From NCBI GenBank assembly GCA_964510315.1, contig CAZEAP010000014.1:25242-89241 (forward strand): a DNA stretch of 64,000 bases. Reading direction: 5' to 3'. Source of the DNA: an uncultured candidatus Brocadiaceae bacterium. GTDB taxonomy: Bacteria; Planctomycetota; Brocadiia; SM23-32. This document shows positions 48,546 through 58,374 of the stretch, piece after piece (positions within the stretch are counted from its first letter, which is position 1; every line of letters begins with the position of its first letter). A program made the translations under genes and the position numbers. Under the pieces are notes generated by a model. It was given only the letters and a program-made list of their open reading frames with translations, was not told the origin of the DNA and made no database searches.

Positions 48546-51500
48546 TCACTGTTCCGTCGGGTTTCGCTCCGCACTTCGGGCGCCGCGCCTGGCGATCTCG
48601 CGGAAGTACTGCTTCACCAGTTCGCGGTACTCCTTCGGGCCCTTTGTGTCGGCCGCTTCGAGGATGTCGTTGCGGAGTTCGCTGGGCAGCCGTGCCCAAT
48701 CGGCCATGTCGATCCCCATGCGCTGGAGTTCCCGCGGCATACCCACCGGGGAGGCCCCCCGGCGGCGACCGATCCGGCCCATTCCCTCCATCATCGTGCT
48801 GAACATTCCGGTCGGCACCCGTGAAGGGAACCGGCCGGGGAAGGGGGAATCCGGCTGTTGTGCCGCGAGGGCCTGTCGGCGCTGCTGAGCGGTGGCCTCC
48901 AGCCCCTCCAGCCCTCTTTCGTCAGCCTGTTGGGCAACGGCGCTCAACGCGTCCTGCATGGCGTCGGCGGCTGCGAGGGAGTCCGCAGCCAGGCTGGATT
49001 CGGCGGCTTGGCCGGTTGCCTGAAACGCCTCGGCCAGCTCGGCGTCCGGGGAGGCCGGCTCCCGCCCATCGGTCGCGGAGTCGGCCAGCTCCTTCGCCAT
49101 GCCGTCCAGCGATTCGGCGGCCTGCGCCAGCGACCGGCCGGCCCGGCTCTGGGCCGGGAGGGCTTGCGCCGTCTCTCCCTGCTGCAGGGCCTGCTCGGCC
49201 TGGCTGCCCGCCTCTGCGGCCTCCTGCATGCGGCGGCTGGCCTCCTCTGCGGCGGCCGACGCGGGTTCCGCCGGGAAAATCGAAAGGGTGTCGGCGACCC
49301 CGCTTACCTCCTCGGACAGTTCGGCCATCTCCTCTCCGAGCAGGGACTGCTGCCCCTGGAGGGCCGCCATTGGCCTGCGTTCGGTCAGCGCGTCCATCTG
49401 CCGGGCCAGCTTCTCCTGCCGCTTCGCCAGCCGTCCGGCTTCTCCGGCCAGTCTGCTCTTCCGGGCGAGGGCCATGGCGTCCTCGATGTCCCGGGTGGCC
49501 GAACTCGGGGTTTCTGCCACGTCCTCGTGGAGTTCTTCCGCCAGGCCACTCATTTGACTGGCGGCCTCGTGGGCGTTCTCGGCGGCCTCGGGCAGCTCTC
49601 CTCGCTGTATGCTGTCCCGGGCCCGCCCGGCGTGGGTCGCGCCGTCTTCGGCGGCCTCCGCTTGATCGGGGGCGGTCTCCCGGGCGCGGTCGGCGATCTC
49701 GGCCGCCTGCCCTGCCGCCTCCTCCTGCTGGCGCAGCAGTCGGTCCATCATGGACTCCGGCGCGGCGGCTTGCTCGGTCGTAGGCTCGGCGAGTTGCTCG
49801 AGGTCATCGCGGAGTTGATTCTGCTCATCGCTTAGCTGCCGGGCCCGGCCGGCGAGGTCCCTGAGGTCCTCGGAGCTTCGCTCGGCGGCCTGGGCCAGGG
49901 CTCGCTCGCTGAGCATTTCGGCCAGTTCGCGTGCGAGTTCCTGCTGGGCCTGCTGCCATTGCTGTTCCGTTCGCCAGCTTTCTCGGCCCTGTTCCATCCG
50001 CAGCCTGTCCCGGGCCAGTTCGTCCTGGCGGTCGGCCATGTCGTAGAGTTCCCAGAACTTCTGGAGCATCTCGCTCATGCGCTCGAACTGCTGAAGCATT
50101 TCCTCCACCAGGGCGATGGCAGCGTCGGTCTCTTTCTGGCTCGCCCCCGCAAGCTCCCGGCGCTCCGCCTGGTCGTAACGGAGGCCGGGCACCTTCTCGA
50201 CGGCCTCGCCCGCTGCGCTCACGTGCTCGTCCACAGACTCCAGTTTGGGCACCAGCGACCGGTAGGCCGTTGCGGAGGCGTAGTCTTTCAGGTCCGTGAC
50301 CAGCCCTTCGGCGTTCCCGAGGTGCAGAAGTACGGCCTCGACCAGTGACTCGGCCCCGGGGGTGAGGGTCCTCTTCTGCTTGAGGTTCTTGCGCGCCGCC
50401 CGCGTATTCTCCCCGGCCGCCTTCAGTTCGTTCAGTATCCTCTTGAGTGAATCCCTGACCGCCTCGACCACCGATAGCTGCATCTGTTCCAGCAGGGACT
50501 GGGCGTCCTCCTCCAGGTTCACCGTGAAGGTGCGGGACATGGCTTCCTGTGGCCCGCCGAGATCCTTCGGCAGGTTGTCCGTCGCCCTCAGCCGGAAGGT
50601 CACCGTGCGAGCACCCGCGAACCGGGACAGCTCCAGTCGGGTCCGGCCGCTGAGTTCGAAGCGAAGCTCCCCCTCCCGGGAAAGGGACCTGGGACCGACG
50701 GCCTGGCCGTCCTCTTCCAGCAGGAGTTGCACCGAGGAGAGTCCCTGGTCGTCCCGCGCGGAGAACAGGATGGGGACGCGGTCAGAGGGCCGGCAGTGCA
50801 GCTCCGTGCGGGTGGGGAAGCCGATGCGGCCCGAGGGCGGCGAGTCGCGCGCGACCTCGATGGGATACTCCGCCGGGGGGTTGGTGAAGCCGTGTCTGTC
50901 GGTTACCACGATGCGCCAGACTCCTTCGCGCCTCTCCCGGAGCCTGAACTGGAAAGTGGCGGTGGCCGTATCGTCGTCGAGCGTTTCGACGACGCCGCGG
51001 GCGGCAGACCGTCGCTGGCCGTCGATGAACAACTCCGCCTTTTGCACGGATTTGCTCAAGCGGGCAACCACGCGCATGGCGGTGCCGACCACCGCGCGGA
51101 TGCTGCCGTCGGCATCCTCCTCCACCTCTGGTTCATGGAAGCTGTATTGCGGGGGGCGGTAGCGCAAATCGAGCCGCTCTACGAAAGGCTGCGGAACCAC
51201 GCGGACCCTGTAGTAGCGGCTGAGGGCGTCGCGGGCGCGCACCCGGTATTTGAACCCTCTTTTGGCCGGGGGGTATGTGGCACCGAAACGCGGCAGAGCA
51301 TCATCCTCGGTTCCCTCTTCGGGCAGCGGTCTCATCTCCCGCCGGGTGCGGGCGCCGGTCCCCGAAACGGTGTAGATGTGCGCCTTGTCGACACTCGGGT
51401 TATCGACGGTCACTGTCACGCGGAGTGGGTCGCCCGGATTGATGACCGCGTCGCCCGGCTCCACCCGGAGCTGGTCGGCATGGACGTTGGGCAGGTTCAA

Positions 51501-52070
51501 AAAGGGGGCGACGGCCCTCGCAAGAAGACGTGGACCTGTCCGGGGCCACAGCACCATCAGGCCCGCCAGCATGCACAGGGCGGCCATGGTCACCAGCAGG
51601 AACGGCCGCACGCCGCGGAAAGTCACCTCGCGTTTCGGCTGCAGCGCGAGCACGTCCTGGCTGGCCTGCCGCACCAGTGCGTTGACCAGCGAACGGGACC
51701 CGCGGATCTCCCAGGGCTCTTTGCTGCCGGCCAGCTCGACGGCGGAGCTGATGCGCTCCTCCAGCTCGGGGTGCCGGGATTCGAGCTGCCGGGCGATGCC
51801 CGACAGAGTGAAGCTGCGGGCCACCGGGCGGAGCAGGAAAAACACCGCCGCCAGGGCCGTGATGCCGGCCGCCCACAGCGTGAGCAGCCAGCGGGGCCAC
51901 GTGCTCAGGAAAATCACGAAGGCGTCCACGCCCATCACCAGCAGCAGAGAGGCGACCCCCACGGCCACGACGACGCAGAGGCCCCGAAGTGCGATCATCA
52001 GCCGGGCCCTCCGGATCACCTGCCGCAACGTGGCGGCGATGGGTTCCGGAAGGCCGGTCTCCGCTTCCAT
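48546..52070 (-). CDS. large membrane-anchored coiled-coil protein (DUF4175-like, Bat-operon associated)
   Basis: N-terminal TM helices, then more than 900 aa of coiled-coil/low-complexity sequence and a conserved C-terminal block. Start taken at the ATG at 52070 (GGGAGGG RBS) to avoid overlap with the upstream gene. Confidence 0.6.
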   Translation of the reverse strand: MEAETGLPEPIAATLRQVIRRARLMIALRGLCVVVAVGVASLLLVMGVDAFVIFLSTWPRWLLTLWAAGITALAAVFFLLRPVARSFTLSGIARQLESRHPELEERISSAVELAGSKEPWEIRGSRSLVNALVRQASQDVLALQPKREVTFRGVRPFLLVTMAALCMLAGLMVLWPRTGPRLLARAVAPFLNLPNVHADQLRVEPGDAVINPGDPLRVTVTVDNPSVDKAHIYTVSGTGARTRREMRPLPEEGTEDDALPRFGATYPPAKRGFKYRVRARDALSRYYRVRVVPQPFVERLDLRYRPPQYSFHEPEVEEDADGSIRAVVGTAMRVVARLSKSVQKAELFIDGQRRSAARGVVETLDDDTATATFQFRLRERREGVWRIVVTDRHGFTNPPAEYPIEVARDSPPSGRIGFPTRTELHCRPSDRVPILFSARDDQGLSSVQLLLEEDGQAVGPRSLSREGELRFELSGRTRLELSRFAGARTVTFRLRATDNLPKDLGGPQEAMSRTFTVNLEEDAQSLLEQMQLSVVEAVRDSLKRILNELKAAGENTRAARKNLKQKRTLTPGAESLVEAVLLHLGNAEGLVTDLKDYASATAYRSLVPKLESVDEHVSAAGEAVEKVPGLRYDQAERRELAGASQKETDAAIALVEEMLQQFERMSEMLQKFWELYDMADRQDELARDRLRMEQGRESWRTEQQWQQAQQELARELAEMLSERALAQAAERSSEDLRDLAGRARQLSDEQNQLRDDLEQLAEPTTEQAAAPESMMDRLLRQQEEAAGQAAEIADRARETAPDQAEAAEDGATHAGRARDSIQRGELPEAAENAHEAASQMSGLAEELHEDVAETPSSATRDIEDAMALARKSRLAGEAGRLAKRQEKLARQMDALTERRPMAALQGQQSLLGEEMAELSEEVSGVADTLSIFPAEPASAAAEEASRRMQEAAEAGSQAEQALQQGETAQALPAQSRAGRSLAQAAESLDGMAKELADSATDGREPASPDAELAEAFQATGQAAESSLAADSLAAADAMQDALSAVAQQADERGLEGLEATAQQRRQALAAQQPDSPFPGRFPSRVPTGMFSTMMEGMGRIGRRRGASPVGMPRELQRMGIDMADWARLPSELRNDILEAADTKGPKEYRELVKQYFREIARRGARSAERNPTEQ

Positions 52071-52084
52071 GGCTTCCTGGTTGG

Positions 52085-55000
52085 TCACGGCAGCCCTCCC
52101 GTTTTGCGCAGCAACCACTCGGCGCCGGCCACACCGATCATCAAGATCAGCAGCGGCCAGGAGTTCCACACGGTGAAATCGAACCGCTCGCTCCGGACGT
52201 AGTCCGGCGGCGCCAGAGCCTCCAGTACCCGCTCCGCCTCCCAGACCTCCGCCGCCACGCCCTCCGAGAGATCCGCCGCCCGCCGGAGCAATTCCCGGTC
52301 GGGGGCCAGCTCCAGCTTCTCCGGCGAAGTCGAGGCAACCACGCTAAACGACGTCGAGACCTCCTCGGTTCCCTCCCCTTCCAGCAGGGGCTCGGCGCGG
52401 GGGCACTCGAGGGCTACATCATACTCCCCGGGGGGAAATCCGCCCAGGTCGCAGGCGTATATGCCCGGGGAGTCCGGCACGTAGTCCAGCCGACGACGCA
52501 GCACCGGCCGCCCCCGGGAACGGACGTTGACGGCGGCCTCCGCGTTGGCCATGGGGGAAAGGTCCGACCGCAGTATTCTGGCCCGCACGTGCACCCCCTG
52601 TCCGGGCGCGTAGCGCACGCCGTCGGTCCCCAGTTTTACCAGCGTTGTCCCCGAAGGCAGCTTTTGAGCGCTGCCCCAGCGTATGACTCCGCCCCAGAAC
52701 TTGTGGTGGTATTCGTCACCGGCCCGGTAGCGCATACGCCACGTCCGGAAGTTCACCAGCATGACCCGCCCGAGGCCGACGCGGTGGAAGGCCACCAGCG
52801 CCCGGCGGCCCTCTTCGGCGCGGGCATCGGCGGTTGCTCCCGCCGGTTCCTCCTCGGAACAGGGCTGCGCCCGGGCCAGGATGGTGGCGCCGGGCTTGGC
52901 GGCGGCTATGGGCCGGCGCCAGTAGAGATCCGGCAGCGAGGTCCAGACCTCTTCGTTCTCCTCGGGGTCCACCGACTGCTGCATCACCGGGTGCGTCCGT
53001 CCCTCGTCGCTCAGCTCCAGCCGAAAGCAGGGCTCGGGCGGCTCCAGCTCCCGCGCCCGCCGGGGAGTGAACAGTATGGGCAGGAGTTCCTCCAGGGGGG
53101 TCCGGTCGAACGCGTTGGGCATGTACCGGGGACCGGCGACCACGACGGCCACGCCGCCGCGGTCCGCTACGAAACGCCGGAGGGTTTCCAGGTGCGCGTC
53201 GGTCAACACCTCGGGGGAGACGTCGCCCAGGATGACCACGTCGAACTTCATCCATTCCATCGCGTTCTTCGGCAGAGCCGTGGCCTGGGGATCCTCCTCC
53301 CGCGTGGCCGAGGCGTGCACCGTCGGCGGCCGCGGCAGCCCCTCGATCCTGTCCGGCCTGGTTACCACGTACTGGAGGTCAAGGGAGGATTCGCGGTGGG
53401 CGAAGAGGTTCTTCAGGTACCGGAACTCCCAGTTCGGCCGTCCCGCAATCAGAAGCACGTTCGTCTTCTCGTCGGTTACCTTCACAGTCACGGGATAGGC
53501 GTTATTGTCGGTGAAGACCTCCCCTTCGTGCTGGGAGACCACCACCCGGTAGCGCTGCAGGCCCGCCGAGGGGGGCTTGTCCGCCAGTTGCAGGCGCAGC
53601 CGGCGGCGCGGCGCCTCCACCTTCACCACCTCCGAATCGACAACCGTGTCCTCCCCCGATTCCCCGGTCCGGTACAGGCTGACCTGAACCTTCTCGCCCG
53701 CCAGCCCGTCCATCTTGACTTCGGTGCTCACCAGCACCCGGTTCTCCTCGTGCACGACCGGCGGGGCGCGCAGCGAAGCGATGGCCGCGTCGCGCGGCGG
53801 TTCCTCCGCGCCAAAAACAACGGAGCAGACCGGGACCCGCCCCAGGCCCGACCGCCGGGCGACCGGCGCCAGGAAGCCCCCCGCCGTCTTCCGGCCGTCG
53901 GTCAGCAGCACGGTGCCGGCGAGGCGATCCTCCGGCACATCGCGCATCGCGCGCTCCACGGCGCCCGCAAGGTCGGTCTCCTCGGGCTGAATATCCGGGG
54001 TTTCATCTCCCTCGGACTCCGTTCCTGTCGGGACGGAAAAACGGCCCGCACGGGCGTCTCCGAGCCATGGCGAGGCGTCCAGTTCCTCGGCCCGGCCGCC
54101 GAACCCGTAGAGCCGCACCTGGTATTGCTCCGCGAGGGTCCTGAGCAGGCCCCGGCGCGCCTCGTCCCCGCCGGTGAGAACCATCCGGGCCAACTCGAGC
54201 CGGGAGGAGTCCGCCAGCCGGTCGACCTTCCGCCTCACAGACGGAGCCAGCGTTTGATACAGCGCGGCGTCAACCTCGCCTGCCCGGCGCCGCAGTTCCT
54301 CGACCAGCGAGACCGTCGACTTTTCCGCATCCTGCAGCGTCTCGACCAGAGCGGCGTAGCGCTCGGCCGGCCTGTCCGGAGCGGAGCGGGCGGCCCGGAG
54401 GGCTTCCTCCACGGACGGGAGGACCTGCTCCGTGAGCCGGCTCGTAACCGCTTTGAGGGGTTCCGCCGGCGCGGGGCCGGGGAGGCTCTCAGCGCCGGAG
54501 GCGTTCCGCAGGACGCGTGCTTGCTTCTGCAGTTCGGCCTTGACCGACTCCAACTCGCCCAGCAGAGCCTCGGCTTCCGCTTCCAGGCGACGTTCCATTT
54601 CTTCCCTGGACTTCTTACGGAGCATGCGCAGCCACTCGGCCCGCGCGTGCAGCCGTTGTGCCGCTTCGCGCTCGATGGTGGCGGCGGAGCGCTCCAGCTC
54701 CACCGGACGTTCCACTTCCAGGCCCAACAGAGCCGCCGCCGTGCGCACCCGGACCGATGGGGTAAGCCCGGTGTCCCGCACCCCCATGGACAGCGACCGG
54801 TCCAGCATGACGGCCACCGTCCGCTGCAGGCGGCGGTTCGACTCCCAGACGAAGACCGGCTGGGCGAGCATCGCGATGACCAGCAGGGCGAGGGCCACCC
54901 GCAGGCCCACCAGCAATCTGCCGCGGACGGTCGAGACGCGCTCGCGCTCCAGCGAGTAGAGCGACAGCACGCCCTCGACGAGGACGGCGCCGATGAGCGC

Positions 55001-55414
55001 GATGCTCCAGGTCGGCCACGCGGTGCCCAGGATCAGCAGGTGCCCGGCCGCCTCCAGACCCGCCAGCAGCGCGATGAACGCGACGGCCGTCCGCAGCAGG
55101 AACTGCAGCGCGGCTCGACCCCGACCGCCGGGCGCAGTATCCCGGCGGTGAACCGCCCACCAGCCCGCGGCCGCCAGAGCCGCAATGACAAGCACCGCCG
55201 CCGGAGGGAGAGAAGTGAGGCGAGCGGCGCTGTCCTGGGCGGCAATCGTCATCTCCTCCCCTCGCTTCCGCCGCCGGGCCGCCACCGAATCGACCAGGAA
55301 CCGCATGGCACCCCAGTCGAAGGTCCGCGCCCTCCGACGGTGGAGAAGGTGAATGAGCACCGGAACGGCCACGGCGAGCAGCGCGCCGAGGATGCCCGGG
55401 TTCAGGAACGTCAT
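52085..55414 (-). CDS. BatA-like aerotolerance-family membrane protein (N-terminal double-TM domain + large extracytoplasmic region)
   Basis: MTFLNPGILGALLAVAVPVLIHLLHRRR...FDWGAMRFL matches the BatA N-terminal domain. Polytopic N-terminal region and a long C-terminal domain. Confidence 0.7.
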   Translation of the reverse strand: MTFLNPGILGALLAVAVPVLIHLLHRRRARTFDWGAMRFLVDSVAARRRKRGEEMTIAAQDSAARLTSLPPAAVLVIAALAAAGWWAVHRRDTAPGGRGRAALQFLLRTAVAFIALLAGLEAAGHLLILGTAWPTWSIALIGAVLVEGVLSLYSLERERVSTVRGRLLVGLRVALALLVIAMLAQPVFVWESNRRLQRTVAVMLDRSLSMGVRDTGLTPSVRVRTAAALLGLEVERPVELERSAATIEREAAQRLHARAEWLRMLRKKSREEMERRLEAEAEALLGELESVKAELQKQARVLRNASGAESLPGPAPAEPLKAVTSRLTEQVLPSVEEALRAARSAPDRPAERYAALVETLQDAEKSTVSLVEELRRRAGEVDAALYQTLAPSVRRKVDRLADSSRLELARMVLTGGDEARRGLLRTLAEQYQVRLYGFGGRAEELDASPWLGDARAGRFSVPTGTESEGDETPDIQPEETDLAGAVERAMRDVPEDRLAGTVLLTDGRKTAGGFLAPVARRSGLGRVPVCSVVFGAEEPPRDAAIASLRAPPVVHEENRVLVSTEVKMDGLAGEKVQVSLYRTGESGEDTVVDSEVVKVEAPRRRLRLQLADKPPSAGLQRYRVVVSQHEGEVFTDNNAYPVTVKVTDEKTNVLLIAGRPNWEFRYLKNLFAHRESSLDLQYVVTRPDRIEGLPRPPTVHASATREEDPQATALPKNAMEWMKFDVVILGDVSPEVLTDAHLETLRRFVADRGGVAVVVAGPRYMPNAFDRTPLEELLPILFTPRRARELEPPEPCFRLELSDEGRTHPVMQQSVDPEENEEVWTSLPDLYWRRPIAAAKPGATILARAQPCSEEEPAGATADARAEEGRRALVAFHRVGLGRVMLVNFRTWRMRYRAGDEYHHKFWGGVIRWGSAQKLPSGTTLVKLGTDGVRYAPGQGVHVRARILRSDLSPMANAEAAVNVRSRGRPVLRRRLDYVPDSPGIYACDLGGFPPGEYDVALECPRAEPLLEGEGTEEVSTSFSVVASTSPEKLELAPDRELLRRAADLSEGVAAEVWEAERVLEALAPPDYVRSERFDFTVWNSWPLLILMIGVAGAEWLLRKTGGLP

Positions 55415-56358
55415 CGGGCCTCCCTCCGGCGCCGGCCCAGGTACCCGGCCATGGCCTCGGCCGGGTCATACCGGGTCGAAAACGGAACGTAGTCCACACG
55501 CATCTTCCCGCACTCCCGCCGCAGCGTCCGGATGAATTCCCGCATCCTCCGGAGGTACTCCGCCCGAACCGCGGCCGCCTCGACCTGGACCCGGCGGTCC
55601 CTGAGTTCCAGGTCCCGGAATATCGACTCCCGCTCGAAGGGAAAGGTGACCTCCTCCCGGGCCAGCACGTGAAAGACCACCACCTCGTGCTTCTCGTAGC
55701 GGAAGTGATGCAGCGCGTTGACGATGTCCTCGGGCTCGTCGAACAGGTCGGAGAGAATGATGATGAGCCCCCGGCGATGGACCCGTTCGGCGATGTCGTG
55801 GAAGATCGGCGCGAGGGCCGTCTCTTCGCCGGGCTCGGTGGCCTGCAGCTCCTCCAATATTACCTGCAGGTGGCTGGGGCGGGCGCGGGCGGGGATGTAG
55901 CGGCGAACCTCCGTGTCGAACGTGGCCAGCCCCACCGCATCCTGCTGATGCACCAGCAGGTGGGCCAGCGAGGCGGCCACCCGGCGGGCGTACTCGAACT
56001 TGCTCAGCCGCCGGCCCTCACGCTCGTGGGCCTCCTCCCCCGTGTAGGCCATCGACCCGGAGCCATCCACCAGGACCGTCGCCCGCAGGTTCGTCTCGGC
56101 CACGTACTGCTTCACGTAGTAGCGGTCCGTCTTGGCGTAGACGTGCCAGTCCAGATACCGCAGGTCGTCGCCCGGCACGTAGGGCCGATGCTCGGCAAAC
56201 TCGACGGAGAACCCCTTGTGAGGGCTCTCATGGACGCCGGATATGAAACCCTCGACCGGCTGGCGGGCTACGAAGCCCAGCCGATGCAGCCTTGCCAGGG
56301 TGTCGGCGTCCAGCAGCTCCGTGTAGTCGGGGGCGCCGGCATTTTCCACGTCGGACAT
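55411..56358 (-). CDS. DUF58 domain protein (MoxR partner, VWA-like)
   Basis: HESPHKGFSVEFAEHRPYVPGDDLRYLDW block typical of DUF58. Start overlaps the upstream stop. Confidence 0.8.
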   Translation of the reverse strand: MSDVENAGAPDYTELLDADTLARLHRLGFVARQPVEGFISGVHESPHKGFSVEFAEHRPYVPGDDLRYLDWHVYAKTDRYYVKQYVAETNLRATVLVDGSGSMAYTGEEAHEREGRRLSKFEYARRVAASLAHLLVHQQDAVGLATFDTEVRRYIPARARPSHLQVILEELQATEPGEETALAPIFHDIAERVHRRGLIIILSDLFDEPEDIVNALHHFRYEKHEVVVFHVLAREEVTFPFERESIFRDLELRDRRVQVEAAAVRAEYLRRMREFIRTLRRECGKMRVDYVPFSTRYDPAEAMAGYLGRRRREAR

Positions 56359-56407
56359 CGCGACCTTTCCCGGGTGTCGATTGGCGGGCGCGGGCGGCCC
56401 GGCGGGA

Positions 56408-57475
56408 TCACCTGACGGCTCCGGCCTCCACCTCGGCGGGGATGTTTTCCAGCAGCCGCTCTATAACGTCGTCGCTCCTCACCCCGGCCGCCTCCGCATT
56501 GAAGGTGGTTATCACGCGGTGGCGCAGCACGGGCAGCGCCAGGACCCGGACGTCCTCGGTGGTGGCGTGGTATCTGCCGTGGAGCAGCGCGCGGGCCTTG
56601 GCGGCCAGTATCAGGTAAATGCCGGCCCGCGGGCCGGCGCCCCACTCGACCAGTTCGTCGACGAACTCCGGCGCCTCTTCGCTGCCCGGCCGTGTCGCGC
56701 GCGCCAGGGCGCGGGCGTGCTCGAAAACGTGGTCCGCAACGGGCAGGCGGCGGACCAGCTTCTGCAGCCGCAGCACATCCTCCCCGGTCAACACCGCCTC
56801 CAGATGCGGCTCGATCGCCCCGCTGGTCACCCTCTTCATGATCTGCAGCTCTTCCTCGCTGGAGGGGTAGTCCACCACGGTCTTGAACATGAACCGGTCC
56901 AGCTGGGCCTCCGGCAGCGGATAGGTGCCCTCCTGCTCGATGGGGTTCTGCGTAGCCATCACCAGGAACGGCTGGGGAAGCGGATGGGTCTGCTCCCCGA
57001 CGGTCACCGTGTATTCCTGCATCGCTTCCAGCAGGGCGGCCTGCGTCTTCGGCGGAGTCCGGTTTATCTCATCGGCCAGCACGATGTTGGCGAAAAGGGG
57101 GCCGTGCAGGAACCGGAACACCCGCTCGCCCGTGGTCCGGTCCTCCTGCAAAACCTGAGTTCCGGTGATGTCGGCCGGCATCAGGTCCGGGGTGAACTGG
57201 ATGCGCTTGAAGCTGAGGTCCAGCACCTCGGCCAACATGCGCACCATGAGGGTCTTGGCGATGCCCGGCACGCCCACCAGCAGGCCGTGGCCGCGGCAGA
57301 ACAGGATGACCATGATCTGCTCGATCACCCGCTCCTGCCCCACGATGACGCGGGCGAGCTGGCGGGTCATCGTGCGATAGGCCTCATTGAGTTCCTCCAC
57401 GGTGCGGAGGTCCTCGTCATCGGCGGGTTCAACGTCGGCGCTCGCATTACGGCGTCGCTGGGATTCCTCGCTCAT
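56408..57475 (-). CDS. moxR: MoxR-family AAA+ ATPase
   Basis: [33 protein letters not shown] (Walker A), LLADEINR (Walker B). Confidence 0.85.
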   Translation of the reverse strand: MSEESQRRRNASADVEPADDEDLRTVEELNEAYRTMTRQLARVIVGQERVIEQIMVILFCRGHGLLVGVPGIAKTLMVRMLAEVLDLSFKRIQFTPDLMPADITGTQVLQEDRTTGERVFRFLHGPLFANIVLADEINRTPPKTQAALLEAMQEYTVTVGEQTHPLPQPFLVMATQNPIEQEGTYPLPEAQLDRFMFKTVVDYPSSEEELQIMKRVTSGAIEPHLEAVLTGEDVLRLQKLVRRLPVADHVFEHARALARATRPGSEEAPEFVDELVEWGAGPRAGIYLILAAKARALLHGRYHATTEDVRVLALPVLRHRVITTFNAEAAGVRSDDVIERLLENIPAEVEAGAVR

Positions 57476-57805
57476 GCGGACTCCTGCTCTCCATCGGAAG
57501 GGGCACCTGGGGGGGCAACGGGGTATGAGAACAACCTATCAACCATCGGGGCGACCCGCAGGTCAGCCGGGCCGGGACCTTCACAGGATTGACCTTTGTC
57601 CATCTCTCCGGATTGTAACTGCGCCCGAACTTTCCGGTCAAGCGTCGATAGTCCAGGGCGCGCGACCTCGGCCACTCGGGGCGTTTCCCCGCCATGGGTG
57701 GTGTTCCGTTGCCCGGCTCCCCCGAGGGGCAAGAGCGATCGTTCCCCGACAGCTCTGGCAGAGCCGAGCCGGCTGAAGCCGATCCACCGCCCGGCCCGCG
57801 CCCTT

Positions 57806-57833
57806 GACTGAGCGAGCCGGCCGCGTACAATAG
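57806..57833 (+). promoter_or_regulatory. promoter-like TTGACT-N16-TACAAT upstream of the tRNA
   Basis: CCTTGACTgagcgagccggccgcgTACAAT about 45 nt upstream of the tRNA 5' end. Confidence 0.4.
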
Positions 57834-57879
57834 GGACTGTGGCCCGCGCGCCGGTCCCTACCGGCGATCCACAAACGGT

Positions 57880-57956
57880 TCCCCGATAGCTCAATTTGGT
57901 AGAGCGGGCGGCTGTTAACCGCTAGGCTGGAGGTTCGAGCCCTCCTCGGGGAGCCA
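57880..57956 (+). tRNA. tRNA-Asn (anticodon GTT)
   Basis: Cloverleaf: acceptor TCCCCGA/TCGGGGA, D-arm GCTCAATTTGGTAGAGC, anticodon loop CUGUUAA, T-arm GGTTCGAGCCC, discriminator G, encoded CCA. Confidence 0.9.
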
Positions 57957-58374
57957 CCCTTTTTGTAGCGGACATCCGAGCGCCTTCCCGTTAACGCAAG
58001 ACCCCGAGAGCGAGAGCCTTCGGGGTTTTCGCACATCCCGCCCCTGCGCAACCCTTTAGCGCATTCCCGCCAGCCTGCCCGTACTCTCCGTTTCGAAAGA
58101 GAGTTTCCGGGGTCCGAAAGCAACCGTGGGGGTTGCGCTCGGTACCCGAAAATTAGCGGAAAAACTCTCTGACTCTCCGTTGAACAACCCCCTCTGGGTT
58201 AACAACCGCGTACGGCCCGGACCCCGAAAGCAACCCCTACGGAAGCCCGGGCAGCGTTTGACGACTTCATCCGGGATCCGTAGGGTGTGGGTTGAGGTGG
58301 AGTCCCCCGGAGGGTCTTGGGGAGGTCATGCCTCTGAGACCTGATTACACCGAACGCCATGAATGAGACACGCC

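Noticed and set aside
57957-58374. Search for an att direct repeat of the tRNA-Asn 3' end and for island boundary repeats (CCGAAAGCAACC occurs twice at about 58116 and about 58224)
   Set aside because: No copy of the tRNA 3' segment found downstream within the window. The 12-bp repeat is too short to be meaningful alone.
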